From Octopus sinensis (taxonomy: Eukaryota): a stretch of DNA of 64,000 nt. A model generated the notes under the pieces. That model worked only from the letters and a program-made list of their open reading frames with translations. It ran no database searches and was not told where the DNA came from. The position numbers and the translations under genes were made by a program. Below are positions 37,301 to 50,647 of this stretch, piece after piece (position 1 is the first letter of the stretch; every line of letters begins with the position of its first letter). The stretch lies in NCBI RefSeq assembly GCF_006345805.1, contig NC_042998.1, positions 131,626,001 through 131,690,000 on the forward strand, written 5' to 3'.

Positions 37301-37544
37301 TACCTTTCTTCATACAACGACCCAGACACAGTAGTAGACTCCACTTCATATTTTCCACTCCACCTACTCCTCCGCCATTCAGTTCTATGTTGTCAGTATT
37401 CAGGAAAGGCTAAAGCAATAATTATAGTTATTATATTTATGGTAATAGAAAGTTGTGCATATGACATGTGTGTAAGTGTGTAGACACATAAATATATATA
37501 TATACATATATAAAAGCATATATACATATAAATATGCACATATA

Positions 37545-37953
37545 GGCGCAGGAGTGGCTGTGTGGTAAGTAGCTTGCTAACCAACCACATGGTTCCGGGT
37601 TCAGTCCCACTGCGTGGCATCTTGGGCAAGTGTCTTCTGCTATAGCCCCGGGCCGACCAATGCCTTGTGAGTGGATTTGGTAGACGGAAACTGAAAGAAG
37701 CCTGTCGTATATATGTATATATATATGTGTGTATGTATGTGTTTGTGTGTCTGTGTTTGTCCCCCTAGTATTGCTTGACAACCGATGCTGGGTGTTTTAA
37801 ATCCCGTTACTTAGCGGTTCGGCAAAAAGAGACCGATAAAATAAGTACTGGGCTTACAAAGAATAAGTCCGGGGTCGATTTGCTCGACTAAAAGGCGGTG
37901 CTCCAGCATGGCCGCAGTCAAATGACTGAAACAAGTAATAAAAGAGTAAAGAG
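37545..37953 (+). mobile_element. Full-length tRNA-derived SINE family A
   Basis: A-box-like tggctgtgtgg, B-box-like ggttcagtccc, central TA/TG tract, tail gcatggccgcagtcaaatgactgaaacaagta, then (AAAGAGT)-like repeats. More than ten copies in the window. Confidence 0.9.
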
Positions 37954-38078
37954 TATATATATAGGCATATATACTTTAAATATACACATATATATAAGCA
38001 TATATACATATAAATATAGACATATACATAAGCAAATATACAGATATGTGTGTGTACATATATATATGTGTGAATGTC

Positions 38079-38128
<50 letters not shown>

Positions 38129-38674
38129 CAAACATACATATATATATACAAATGCATATATATATATATATACATATTTATATATATTTATATATGCGCA
38201 TTTATGAATATGTATGTATGTATGTGTACATGTATGTATGTATGTATGTATGTATGTATGTATGTATGTATGTAGTGAACTTGCATGTAACTTCATAAGT
38301 GAGTTTATAAGTATATGTATGAGCGCGCACGTATATGCCTGTATAGTTATACATTTTTATATGTATATTCGTACAAATAAATAAGCATAAACACACACAC
38401 ACACGCACACACACACACACACACAAATATATATATATATATATATACACATCAATATGAATATATATATATATATATTTTATGTTCTTAATGAAATATA
38501 AGCATGTATGCATTTATTATGTTATAGATATTTATACGAACAGAGGTATTGTGCTTAATACATATATTAGAGCGAATACACACAAACACAAATACATATA
38601 TATATTCGTATATCTGTACATATGTGTGTATTATGTGTGTGTCTGTGTGTATCTGTGAATATATATATATATAG

Positions 38675-38710
<36 letters not shown>

Positions 38711-38716
38711 ATATGA

Positions 38717-38749
<33 letters not shown>

Positions 38750-38812
38750 TACGTGTGTGTATATATGTGTGTCAATAGATAGATAGATAGATATGTGTAT
38801 ACACACTCATAC

Positions 38813-38931
38813 AGATGTGGTGGTGATGGTGGTGGATCTCTGTCGTTCGGCGAAGAGAATCCACTTGAAGAGCCAACTTCATTATCATCTCCTGATTTAA
38901 CCTCTAACTGTCTGAGCATTTTAACGTAATT
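38813..38931 (-). CDS. Candidate isolated coding exon of unknown gene
   Basis: Pyrimidine-rich acceptor ttctaccttAG, open frame NYVKMLRQLEVKSGDDNEVGSSSGFSSPNDRDPPPSPPH, donor GTatga. Non-repetitive island; no homology recognised. Confidence 0.25.
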
Positions 38932-39182
38932 CTAAGGTAGAAATCAGAATGATACAGTGAGTGACAAACCTTTATCTCTTGAATTTTAGTACGATCCAAC
39001 CAACAAGCTTCTATGTAGTTTCCGTCTTCCCAATTTCACTCACACGTATAGTTCGATCCGAGTTCGTCTGAGGAAAATGACACTTGCCCAAAAGACCGCA
39101 CAGTGAGGTTGATCCTGGCAGTTAGAGGTTGTGAAACGAACCTTTTAACCATTCAACCATACTGTGCCTATACAGACACACA

Positions 39183-39213
<31 letters not shown>

Positions 39214-39430
39214 TAGATATTTACATACATACATACATACACACATGCATACATATATATATATATAGATATGTGTGTGTGTGTAGATATATATAGATAT
39301 ATACATCTTAATTAGAAGTGTACTAAGCGTTGAATACAATATAATTATCTTTAGTCATATTTGATATGTTCCTGTACATTTGGACAGAGAAAACAATATG
39401 CTGCTCAAGTTGTCTCCTAAGAAATTTTGC

Positions 39431-39530
39431 TTATAGACAATATGGGTGTAAACACTACGAGCTCGCGTACTACGGTTTTATGACGTCATTCATAGCCTAG
39501 TAGTGTAGTTTACACCCATAGTGTCTAAAA
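39431..39530. repeat. Short foldback with ~30-bp arms
   Basis: ttatagacaatatgggtgtaaacactac versus gtagtgtagtttacacccatagtgtctaaaa. Confidence 0.8.
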
Positions 39531-40119
39531 AGAGATTTTTCATACGATTACGTTTCAGATATATGCAGGAAATGCTTTCAATACTAAGAAACAGCTAGGT
39601 TTAGAGACAACCCTTAGGGACGGAATTTATTCGAAATAAGTGGTCATATTTGACAGTAGGATGCATAGAAACTGTTTCCTAAATAGAAGAAATCTATTTC
39701 GGGGAATTAAAACCCACAAAATCCGCTCATCATGTAGAAGCTTCTACAGAAATGGTAATACAGATAGACTACTCGCAGATAAATAATAGCAGAAACAAAA
39801 TCTGAAGCAATATGTAAAAGCTTATAAGTCAAGACAACGTCCTACGAGTCGCATGTGAATCCTTCAATAAGTTCTCTTTGATAAACGTTCCATGTTATTC
39901 CTGGTCCTGAACTGACGTGCCTCGACAAAAACTTGGAAGATAAACAGTTTGCATAATAAAAATAGGTGAGCTTCTTCTTAACTTGAGAACAATGCTAACA
40001 TTAGCAAGTAGAGCAGCTTCTCTTAGACCAGGATGTCTTAGCAGCATTATAGCCCCTTGGGCAAATCAATGCATTGAGCCCTTTAATATTTATACATTGA
40101 CAAATGAATCGAGCTGAAA

Positions 40120-40560
40120 GAATAGTTAGCACGGCGGGAAAATGCTGAGTGACATTTCGTCCTTCTTGAAAATACTGAGTGACAAGCACATCGTCCATTT
40201 TGAATTCAAATTCTACCGACATGACTTTGGCTCTTGTCCTTTCGGGGACGATCAAATAAGTATCAGTTGAAAAACTAGGGTCGGTGTAATTGACTTACCC
40301 TCACACTCGAAATTGTTGACCTAGTGTCAAAATTTGAAATCACTAATTTTTCTTTGACAAGGCATGATTAGTATAACGTTTAAAATACTGAACGCTATTT
40401 TACGTCCGTCTTTATGATCTGTGTATTAATTCTGTTGAAGTCGACTTTTCCGTTCAACATTTCAGGGTCAATAACATATGTACCAGTTGAGCATTGGGAT
40501 CGATGTAATCGATTTACTCCTCCCCGCGAAATTGCTGGCTTTGTGCCAAAATTTGAAACC
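40120..40560 (+). mobile_element. Two degenerate SINE family B fragments
   Basis: gttagcacggcgggaaaatgctgag...cctttcggggacgat and gtaccagttgagcattgggatcgatgtaatcga. Confidence 0.65.
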
Positions 40561-41259
40561 AATATTTATTTCTTGATAGTAAACTATACGGAGACCGGAA
40601 TTGGGTCCCAACACCTGTGAAGCGTCCGGTCAACTGCTCAGTGTATCCATGCCTTAAGACTGCACTGCGTTAGGCCACGTGACATTACCAAAGGTTGTGC
40701 AATCTAATAGTAGGCGATAACTACAAATCCATTGAACCAAAGAGAGAGCAAAGCTGTCAAACCTTCCGCGATGCGACCAAAAATGTTGATTATGTTACAT
40801 TTATGTGGGTGTTATGGCAAATGTGATCAGCAGTTGCCTATTAAGATAGGCTGATATTCCAGTCTAGTGATTGTCAACTCTTAGGTAAGTCTTGAGCTGT
40901 GAACCTTCTCCAGCACTTTCTATACGACCTGGGAGAGCCTGTACCCTCCCGCATCGCTATTAAGTAGATTACTAGTTCGCTTACCATGATTACACCTGGA
41001 ATTAACACCAGAGTTGTTTCCCGTTGCATTCTCCTGGCAGGTGGGATTTGAATTCAAAGCCAGAAGTTGTACTATTGAAGCATCTCTGCCAACAGGTCAA
41101 CAATTCTGCCACTGACCGAGAACAACGTCAAATGAAGTGGTTTACTCTACAATACCATGCGCCGCCTGGTCCATGAATCGAACACACGAACTAGTAATCG
41201 GAAGTGCAACACCCTAGCCATTAAGCCATTCGCCTTTACGATATGATATTGATTTTAAA

Positions 41260-41460
41260 TTTTGGCCTTAGGCCAGCGACCACGGAGAAGGGGAAAGTCG
41301 ATTACATCGACCTCAGGGTTCAACAGGTACTTATTTTAGCAGCTACGAAGGGATGAAAAGCAAAGTCAACGTCAACAGAATTTGAACTCAGAAAGTAGGG
41401 TCGGACAAATTCTGTTAAGCATTTTACCCGGTGTGCTAACAATTCTGTCAGGTCGCCGCC
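41260..41460 (-). mobile_element. SINE family B
   Basis: Head ggcggcgacctgacagaattgttagcacaccgggt on the minus strand. Confidence 0.75.
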
Positions 41461-41713
41461 TTCACCTTCACGGTATCATATTACTGCAAACACTATGCAA
41501 TACCATCCATAGAAATGACTGACTTGGGGTAAATATCGAAACTACTTCTATTGCTGAACTCATGCATTCGCTTCAACACATACGAGCAGAGCAGCGGTTG
41601 AATAAACGCATCAAAAAGCTTCTGCTGAATGCAGAAATAAGAGACCAGAAACAGTTGTTCGGGCAGAAGTCAAGAAACCAAATAAAGCTGTAGACGCCAG
41701 CTGCCCTATACAT

Positions 41714-41948
41714 ACTCTTTTTACTCTTTTACTTGTTTCAGTCATTTGACTACGGCAATGCTAGAAAAAACGCCTTTAGTCGAGCAAAATGATCCCAGGA
41801 CTTATTCTTTGTAAGCCTAGTACTTATTCTATCGGTCTCTTTTGACGAACCGCTAAGTTACGGGGACGTAAACACACCAGCATCGGTTGTCAAGCGATGT
41901 TGGGGGGGGGACAAACACACACACAGACACACACACACACACACACAT

Positions 41949-42003
<55 letters not shown>

Positions 42004-42169
42004 ATACGACGGCCTTCTTTCAGTTACCGTCTACCAAATCCACTCACAAGGCTTTGGTCGAACCGAGGCTACAGCAGAAGACTCTTGCCCAAGGTGCCAC
42101 GCAGTGGGACTGAACCTGGAACCATGTGATTGGTAAGCAAGCTACTTACCACACAGCCACTCCTGCACC
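41714..42169 (-). mobile_element. SINE family A, full length
   Basis: Reverse complement of the 37545 copy. Confidence 0.88.
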
Positions 42170-42533
42170 TATACATGTAAAACATTCCCTTCAAATTCAG
42201 ATAGAAAAAGAATATTTGCTGACAACTACCTCGAAAGCAATAGCTTATCAATCCAGAGGATTAATTTCGATTTGTATGTATAATTATTGGTCCACTCGGA
42301 TATGTTAGTAATTTTCTAAGTCATAGTATTGGAAACGTGATGTCTTTTAGACACTTTATGTTACCAATTTATACGAAGTTTACAGGCACAATCTGTAAGC
42401 GAAACAGAGAAGTACGAAAAAATTTCCGAAAACCATCATACAACTTTTTTCTAGTATTGCTTCAACAAGCGGTGAAGCTTTGTTTCTTTGTTAGACACCA
42501 GCACTGTCTTTATTATTAGAAAGCAAATAATTA

Positions 42534-42943
42534 GGCGCAGGAGTGGCTGTGTGGTAAGTAGCTTGCTAACCAGCCACATGATTTCGGGTTCAGTCCCACT
42601 GCGTGGCATCTTGGGCAAGTGTCTTCTGCTATAGCCCCGGGCCGACCAATGCCTTGTGAGTGGATTTGGTAGACGGAAACTGAAAGAAGCCTGTCGTATA
42701 TATGTATATATATATATGTGTGTGTGTGTGTTTGTGTTTGTCCCCCTAACATTGCTTGACAACCGATGCTGGTGTGTTTACCTCCCCGTCACTTAGCGGC
42801 TCGGCAAAAGAGACCGATAGAATAAGTACTGGGCTTACAAAGAATAAGTCCCGGGGTCGAGTTGCTCGACTAAAGGCGGTGCTCCAGCATGGCCGCAGTC
42901 AAATGACTGAAACAAGTAAAAGAGTAAAGAGAGTAAAAGAGTA
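42534..42943 (+). mobile_element. SINE family A, full length
   Basis: Very similar to 37545-37953. Confidence 0.9.
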
Positions 42944-43765
42944 ATTACAAAAAAAAAATAACATACATACAGACATACAGACAGACGTATTTACATACAT
43001 TTCTTGTGCACGTCTTCTTGCTGTCTACATACATACATATGTCCCTGCACGCATATATACAGGTATATATGTATAAATGCATGTACCGTATACTCATACT
43101 TAAATACATTGTACGTATATGTATGTGCACATATATATATATATATATATATATATGCGCATGCATATGTCTGTATACGTATGCATATATAAATACACAC
43201 ACACACAGATGAATACATACACACGCATACACATCCATTCATCCATACACACCTACATACATACATGGATATATACATACATGCATTCAAACATACATAC
43301 ATACATACATACATGCATACATACATACATACATACATACACACATACATGCATACATACATACATACATGCATACGTACATACATACATACATACATAC
43401 ATACATACATACATACATACATACATACATACATACATACATAAGAGCACAATGCTGGTTTATATGTATACGTATCCAGTAGTCAATTGTTATCGCGCGC
43501 ACGCACACACACATACACATACTCACACACCACATTTACACATGAGTGTATGTGTTTCCAATTACCATTTGCTATATCAAATATGTCTACTCACCCACTT
43601 TGGTGCCAGACTGCTGCCAGCCCATCTCTGACCAACCGTCTATTGTTACTACTGTCTCTTTACTACTGTCTGGACACATTCATGCCACTATACCTACACT
43701 CCTTCTTTTTGTCTTTCTTTTTTCTTTCTTTCCTTCTTTTTATGCACACACAAATATATATGTAC

Positions 43766-43796
<31 letters not shown>

Positions 43797-43908
43797 TGTA
43801 TGTATGTATGTATAGATAGATAGATAGATAGATAGCTTGATAGATAGATAGATAGATAGATATAGATAGATAGACAGACAGACAGATAGATAGATGGATA
43901 GATAGATG

Positions 43909-43977
<69 letters not shown>

Positions 43978-44522
43978 AAAGATAGATAGATAGATAGATA
44001 GATATATAGATAGATAGATAGACAGATAGATAGATAGACAGATAGATAGACATTTATAAACACACACACACGCTGACCACATTTATGCCCGCTCATACGT
44101 ACGTAGGTATATATATTTATACATACATTCATACATATATCTGGAGTGGGTGTATGGTTGAAGTGAGAGCGTGGTGTGTGGTTACACTGTAATGTATGTG
44201 CCATAGGTCTGCTCCATCAAAGCCTGACCTAAAGCTAAAGAACCTCAACAACGACACTCCGCCGACGCCACCACCACCACCAACAACAACAACTACAGCA
44301 ACTACCACAGCAACAACAATATCAACAAAAATTATATCAAAGTGTTTATGCACCCACTTAATGCTTACCGCAAAACAAGACTAGGTGAACCGTCCGCCCA
44401 TGCAACGTGCAGACACTCAAGAAAGCAGAAATGCACATATGCAATTCAGATTGCACGCACACACACACATACACACATACACACACACTCCTCTCTCTTT
44501 CTCTCATGCATATACATGTATA

Positions 44523-44794
44523 GGCGGAGGCGTGGCTGGGGTGTGTAGTAAGAAACTTGCTTCCCAACCACATGGTTCCGTGTTTAGTCCCACTGCGTGG
44601 CACCTTGGGCAAATGTCTTCTAATGTAGCCTCGGGATTTGGTAGACGTATGCATATATATATAAATACACACACACATACACAGATGAATACATATACAC
44701 ACGCATACACATCCATTCATCCATATACACCTACATACACACATGGATATATACATTCATACATTGAAGCATACAAACATATAAATATATATAT

Positions 44795-44836
<42 letters not shown>

Positions 44837-45048
44837 TCTGTGTCTGGGTTTGCCCCGCCCTCATCATCATTTGACAACTGATGCTGGTGTGTTTAGGTCC
44901 CTGTAACATAGCGGTTCGGCAAAAGAAACCGATGGAATAAGTACAATGATTACAAAATATAAGACACGGGGTCGATTTCTTCGACAAAAAGGTAGTACTC
45001 CAGCATGGCCGCAGTCAAATAACTGAAACAAATAAAAGAATAAAAGAA
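44523..45048 (+). mobile_element. SINE family A, diverged
   Basis: Head, centre and tail are recognisable; microsatellite-expanded middle. Confidence 0.8.
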
Positions 45049-45094
45049 TATATATATAAGAATATACATCGCTTCGTTTATCTTATACATGTTG

Positions 45095-45247
45095 CACCCT
45101 ATGGACTGCAGGTGCAAATCAATCCCAGGACATTCTTTGTAAGCCTAGTACTTATCCTATCAGTGGCTTTTGCCGAACCGTTAAGTTACGGGGACGTAAA
45201 CACACCAACATCAGTTTTCAAGTGTCAAACACAGGCACATAAACATA

Positions 45248-45278
<31 letters not shown>

Positions 45279-45563
45279 CTACAATGGGCCCGAGGCTATA
45301 GTAGAAGACACTTTCCAAAGGTGCCACGCAGTGGGACTGAACCCGGAACCATGTGGTTACTAAACAAGTTACTTACCACAGAGCCACAGTATATTGTATT
45401 TCAGGATGGTCATTTTTATCCAAAATAAACACACGCAGTATATATTCGTTCTTCAAGCTTTCATTATTCTTCGCATTCTAACTCTTGTCCATTGTCCGGA
45501 AATCTGTGACCTCTACAGCGACTCATTCCATCTTTGTATGTGCTCTTGCTCCGCTTATTCCAT

Positions 45564-45608
<45 letters not shown>

Positions 45609-45945
45609 GGGGGGAGGGGAGAGAGAGATAGACACAAACAAATAGATAGATACATACATACATACATACATACATATTTTCTTTAATTCTTTACTAGTTT
45701 CAGTCATTTGACTGCGGCCATGCTGGGGCACCGCTTTGAAGAATTTTTACTCAAAGGTATCGACCCCGGTTTTTCTTTTCCGTTTTTTTTTATTTAAAAG
45801 CCTGGTACTTGTTTTATCGGTATCTTTTACCGAACCTCTGTTTCGGGGATGTACATACACCAGCACCGGTTGTTAAGCGGTAGGGGGGTACAAACACACA
45901 CTTGCGCGCGCATACATACGCACACGTAAATGTACACACACACAC

Positions 45946-45976
<31 letters not shown>

Positions 45977-46655
45977 AAGCTGATGTGCGAAAAATTTGTT
46001 TGTCTCATGTTGGGATGGGAACGGTTCAAGGGCCGGTAGATGGGGTCGAATTGGCGCCAAAATTTACAGAGACATGTAAAAAGAGGCGAGGAAGCGACTG
46101 AACTAGGTTAGAAACTTCAAAAGCTGTGGTTACTAGGGCAACAAAACCCAGACTTTGACAAGTGCTTGTCGTTTCTCTCTTTCCGATATCACCCTATCTT
46201 CCTCGATCTCTCTCTTTCCTTCCTTCCCTACATCATCAATACCTATAAAGCTGAAATGCGAAAAAGTTGTTTGATTTCTTTATTGTTTGTCTCATTGTGG
46301 AATGGAAACGGTTTAAGAGGCGGTAGAAAGGATCGGATTGGCGCCAAGGATTAACAACTTTTATGCTGGCTCATGTTTTTATATTGCTTTATTTCGTATT
46401 CTTTTATTCTTTAATTCTTTTGATTGTTTCAGTCGAACAAATCGACCTCAGGACTTATTTCTTGAAAGTGAAGTACGTATTCTATCGGTCCCTGTTGTCG
46501 AACAGCTAAGTTACGAGGACATAATCACACCAGCATTGATTGTCAAGCTGAGGGTGGGGGACAAACACAGACGCACAAACAAATACATACACATACAAAG
46601 CCTTGTGAGTGAATTCAGTAGACAGAAACTGAATGAAACCCGTCGTATATATACA
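45095..46655 (-). mobile_element. Three partial SINE family A copies (~45095-45388, 45685-45960, 46395-46655)
   Basis: Each carries cagtcatttgactgcggccatgc, gccgaaccgttaagttacgggg or ccacgcagtgggactgaacc segments. Confidence 0.75.
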
Positions 46656-46694
46656 CATGTATACATACATACATATATGTATACATATATATAT

Positions 46695-46992
46695 ATCACG
46701 TGATCACGTGACCGTCCAGACCATCAGATGTTGTTACACATCGCTGGTCACAATGCGTTCGCATTGTTTTAGCCTTCGAATGACGCCACCCCGCTGGCTA
46801 AGCGAGCAGGCCAACAGAAGAAAGAGTGGGAGAAAGAGTTGTGAAAGAGTACAGCAGGGATCACCACCCCCTGCCGGAGCGTCGTGGAGCTTTTAGGTGT
46901 TTTCGCTCAATAAACACTCACAACGCCCGGTCTGGGAATCGAAACCGCGATCCTGCGACCGCGAGTCCGCTGCCCTAACCATTGCGCCTCCA
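46695..46992 (-). mobile_element. tRNA-derived SINE family C
   Basis: Minus strand gtggaggcgcaatggttagggcagcggactc...ggtttcgattccc (A/B boxes), tail ...catctgatggtctggacggtcacgtgatcacgtga. Partial plus-strand copy at 47384-47505. Confidence 0.85.
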
Positions 46993-46993
46993 C

Positions 46994-47026
<33 letters not shown>

Positions 47027-47100
47027 ATATATTGGTAAAACGGTAAGATAACAAAAGAAAGAAAGAGACCTCAATATTATGTAAATAGAGGAAATTTATC

Positions 47101-47281
47101 TATACAATAATATGTTACATTATTTGATAGTCAAGATAAAACTCTGAGTTTCAGATGCCGAATTGGGAATCCACATCTCTTCGGTTATCTGGCCAGATAA
47201 CCGAAGAGATATCGTGGATTCCCACTTCGGCATCTGAAACTCAGAGTTTTATCTTGACTATCAAGTAATGTAACATATTAT

Positions 47282-47289
<8 letters not shown>
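47101..47289. repeat. ~190-bp near-perfect palindrome without spacer, centre 47192/47193
   Basis: tatacaataatatgttacatta...tcggttatctgg|ccagataaccga...taatgtaacatattattgtgtata, with a few substitutions and one 3-nt insertion. Confidence 0.95.
47195..47254 (+). ncRNA. Variant type I hammerhead motif (mirror copy on minus strand at 47134-47190)
   Basis: AGAUAA-CCGAAGA-GAU...AUC-U-GAAA-CUCAGAG-UU^UUAUCU. 6-bp stem I, U4 replaced by C, one extra U before G12. Confidence 0.6.
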
Positions 47290-47330
<41 letters not shown>

Positions 47331-47517
47331 ATATATATATATATATATACATATATATATGTATATATATACACGTATATATTGGCCTGCTCGGTTAGCC
47401 AGCGGGGTGGCGTCATTTGAAGGCTAAAACAATGCGAAGCGCATTGTGACCAGCGATGTGTAGCAACATCTGATAGCCTGGTCTGTCACGGTGATCACGG
47501 TGATATATATATATATA

Positions 47518-48775
47518 TGCGGCAGGCTTCATTCAATTTCTGTCTACTAAATCCACTCACAAGGCTTTGGTCAGCCTGAGGCTATAGTATTGGGTTGGCA
47601 ACTAAGTTCCCGCGGTTTTTTAAAATTTAAATTTGTTAAAAGGTTTAATAAAAAATAACAATTAATTAATCAATAATGTATTCACCCTTGTTGTTTACAA
47701 CTTCTTCCCAACGTTCAACAAGATTTTCAATACCTCATTGTTAGAAATCACCCGATTTCGACTCCGTTGGTGGAAATCTGTTGGTGCCAAATCATGAGAG
47801 TACGGCGGGTGTGGTAGCACTTCCCGGCTATGCGTTTGAATGGCTTCCTTGGTCATATTGACGATATGAGGGCAGGTGTTGTCGTGCAGCAAAAGAACTC
47901 CATGCTGCCCATTAGGTCTTTTCTCTTGAATAGCAATTCGTAATGGATAATCCCTTTCCAGTCCCACCATACGCACAACATCGTTTTACGCGGATGAAGA
48001 TCTTGTTTCACGCGCGGTGTCATTTGTTTACCGGGGCTAAGCCATTCCTTACGCTGCTTCATATTGATGTAGAGGCACCATTTTCCGTCGCCACTAACGA
48101 TTCGGTAAAGAAATCGTTGCTTGTATCCATGAGTTGAGCGGTGATGAGCAAGCAAACCAGCGGAGATTGTGGCTAATTGATTTTTGTTGTTGTCACTTAA
48201 AGCATGCGGAACCCATGCTCCATACTTCTGAACCTTTCCCATGCAGTGAAGTCTTCTTTCTCTATAGCAGTGTGGAAACGTTCCATTTTCTTTGGCAGTT
48301 CCCTTGTCGTTTGACGAGAATTTTCGTGTAAAAGTTGGTTTAATCGCTCTTCATCGAACTCAACTGGACGTCCAGAACGAGGTGCGTCTTTGAGGTCAAA
48401 CTTTCCATATTTGAACTCGGTATACCAATCACGAGCAGTTCTTTCAGCTATAGCACCCTCTCCATACACAGCACAAATGTCGCGAGCAGTTTTTGCGGCC
48501 TTAGAACTTTGATTAAAAGCAAAAAGAATGAGGTATCGAAAATGTTCGTTTTTCTTAACTTGACATTCCATTTTAATGATCTGAAAATAAACAAAAATTA
48601 ACAAAGTAGATTTCAAAATGACTCAAAAATAGAATTCTTGCAACTATAGATTCCAAAATTTAAAGAAACGGTGGGAACTTAGTTGCCAACCCAATAGAAA
48701 ACACTTTCAGAATGCGTCACGCAGTGGGACTGAACCCAGAACTGTGTGGCTGGGAAGTAAGCTACTTACCACACA
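47518..48775 (-). mobile_element. SINE family A split by the mariner insertion
   Basis: gaggctatagTA | mariner | TAgaaaacact...cacgcagtgggactgaaccc rejoins to the SINE sequence gaggctatagtagaagacact seen at 45291-45312. Confidence 0.85.
47590..48694 (-). mobile_element. Mariner DNA transposon with both TIRs and TA duplication; transposase degenerate
   Basis: 22-bp perfect TIR ttgggttggcaactaagttccc flanked by TA. Motifs EHFRYL, RSGRP, WVPHAL, IVSGDGKW, WWDWKGII, HDNTCPH, HPPYSHDLAPTD spread over three frames. Confidence 0.95.
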
Positions 48776-49554
48776 ATGTTTTGTCTTTTATCTTCTATTT
48801 GTTTCTTTCACTGGAGTAGGGCCATACTGAGGCAACACCTTGAAAGGTTTAGTCGAACGAATAGACCCCTAGTGTTTACTCTATGTCTAGCCCTTACTTC
48901 GTCAGTCTTTTTTGCCGAACAGCCAAGTTACAAGAACGTGAAGAAACTATAACCTATTGTCTGGCTGTAATGGGGGATAAACGCAAGCACTATGACACAC
49001 AAGAAATCTTTGTTTGAAGAATCACAAAAATTACTGTATACATGTTTTTCTGCATTTATACTCTTTTGTAACCCCTGTACTTCAAAGAAATACATGTAAC
49101 ATGGAATTAGGAATATACCAAATATCTCCAATCTTTTGGTCTGATGTGTAATTATTCTGCAAATAGAATTCACTAGAAAATTCAATTGCTACCTATTCCT
49201 TATATACAATAAAGCTCCTGCATACATACATTTAATTAATGTGAATATGTAAATGTCCTTCACGAGGGTACAGCTTGGATTATGTCACCTACGCACACAT
49301 GCGCGCACGCACGCACACACACACATGCACACACGCACATATACACACACACATACATACACACACATACACACACAGAAACTCGCTCACACACACACAC
49401 AAAACTGGTTTCCACAGAGTTGCCGTCTACGAAATTCATCCACAAGGTACTGGTCGACTCGGAGCTATAGTAGATGACGGTTGCTCAGGATGCCATGTAG
49501 TAAGACCGAATCCGAAACCATGTGGTTGCGAATCGAGATTCTTTACGACATACC

Positions 49555-49770
49555 TATTTCTTTTACTGCCCACAGGGGGCTAAATACAGAGAGGACAAAC
49601 AAGGACAGACAAACGGATTAAGTTGATTACATCGACCCCAGTGCGTAACTGGTACTTAATTTATCGACCCCGAAAGGATGAAAGGCAAAGTCGACCTCGG
49701 CGGAATTTGAACTCAGAACGTAACAGCAGACGAAATATGGCTACGCATTTCGCTAACGTTTCTGCCAGCT
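49555..49770 (-). mobile_element. SINE family B
   Basis: Body and tail of the same type as the 34626 units. Confidence 0.85.
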
Positions 49771-50647
49771 TTACGACATACCTCCCATGCTCTTAAATAC
49801 AAAAATATCCCGCGTTTCACCATTTTCAACGGCAATGCTTATGTATGCAAAAGACAATCTAAAAGCCATCAAGAACTCAATGGTTCAGAACAAACATTAA
49901 TATGAAGAATTTTTAGAAAGGTCCGAGACCCACAGTGAATAAATGCCTCACTGGCCCATTTGTAGGCCGCGGCCCACATGTTGTCAACTCCTGCGTTAAA
50001 CAAATTACACCAAGGATTAGAAAATATATATTAGTCTCAGACATCAACCTTATCTCTCCTTCAATCTCATTTTTCTTTATGATTAGAAAAACAAATGTGT
50101 TTTATGTCTGAGGGTTATATTTCAGACGAAACCACGCTTTGAAAAATGTAGCAGGGTGAACAAAATTATAATTAAATTTTAAAAAAAAAAACAGTTAAAA
50201 TCGACAAATGCTCACAACTCATTAATTTTAAGCGTATTTTAATTAGGAGGATTAACATATGAAAAAGAAAAAATGTAAGCGGAACGATATCATAGTATTA
50301 AAAATAAACAAATAAAGTTGTATGAAAATCTGTCCCAACATGTGTAAAGCACAAAAATAAAATACTGACATATGATATTAAATAAAATCTGAAAAGTGCT
50401 ACTATAGATAAAATACGAAATTGTTACACCGCGAAATTTACTTGACATCTCGATTCATTTCAAAAATATTTAGTAGTATATACGAAGCAGTAGTTTTAAA
50501 TATACATCCAGTGTAAGTTACTGAATAGTAAACATTTTCGATGTCATATATTTAATGCATGTGTGTTGTTAAGCACTTTGGTGCAGCAGTATTTTGTCCA
50601 AGGAAAGTCCCTTTAATGACGTCGTGTGTTGAAAAACTACAATTATA

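Noticed and set aside
37545-37625. tRNA genes at SINE heads (also 42534, 46920-46992, 50648)
   Set aside because: A/B boxes are present, but no full cloverleaf could be built and each continues into a SINE body.
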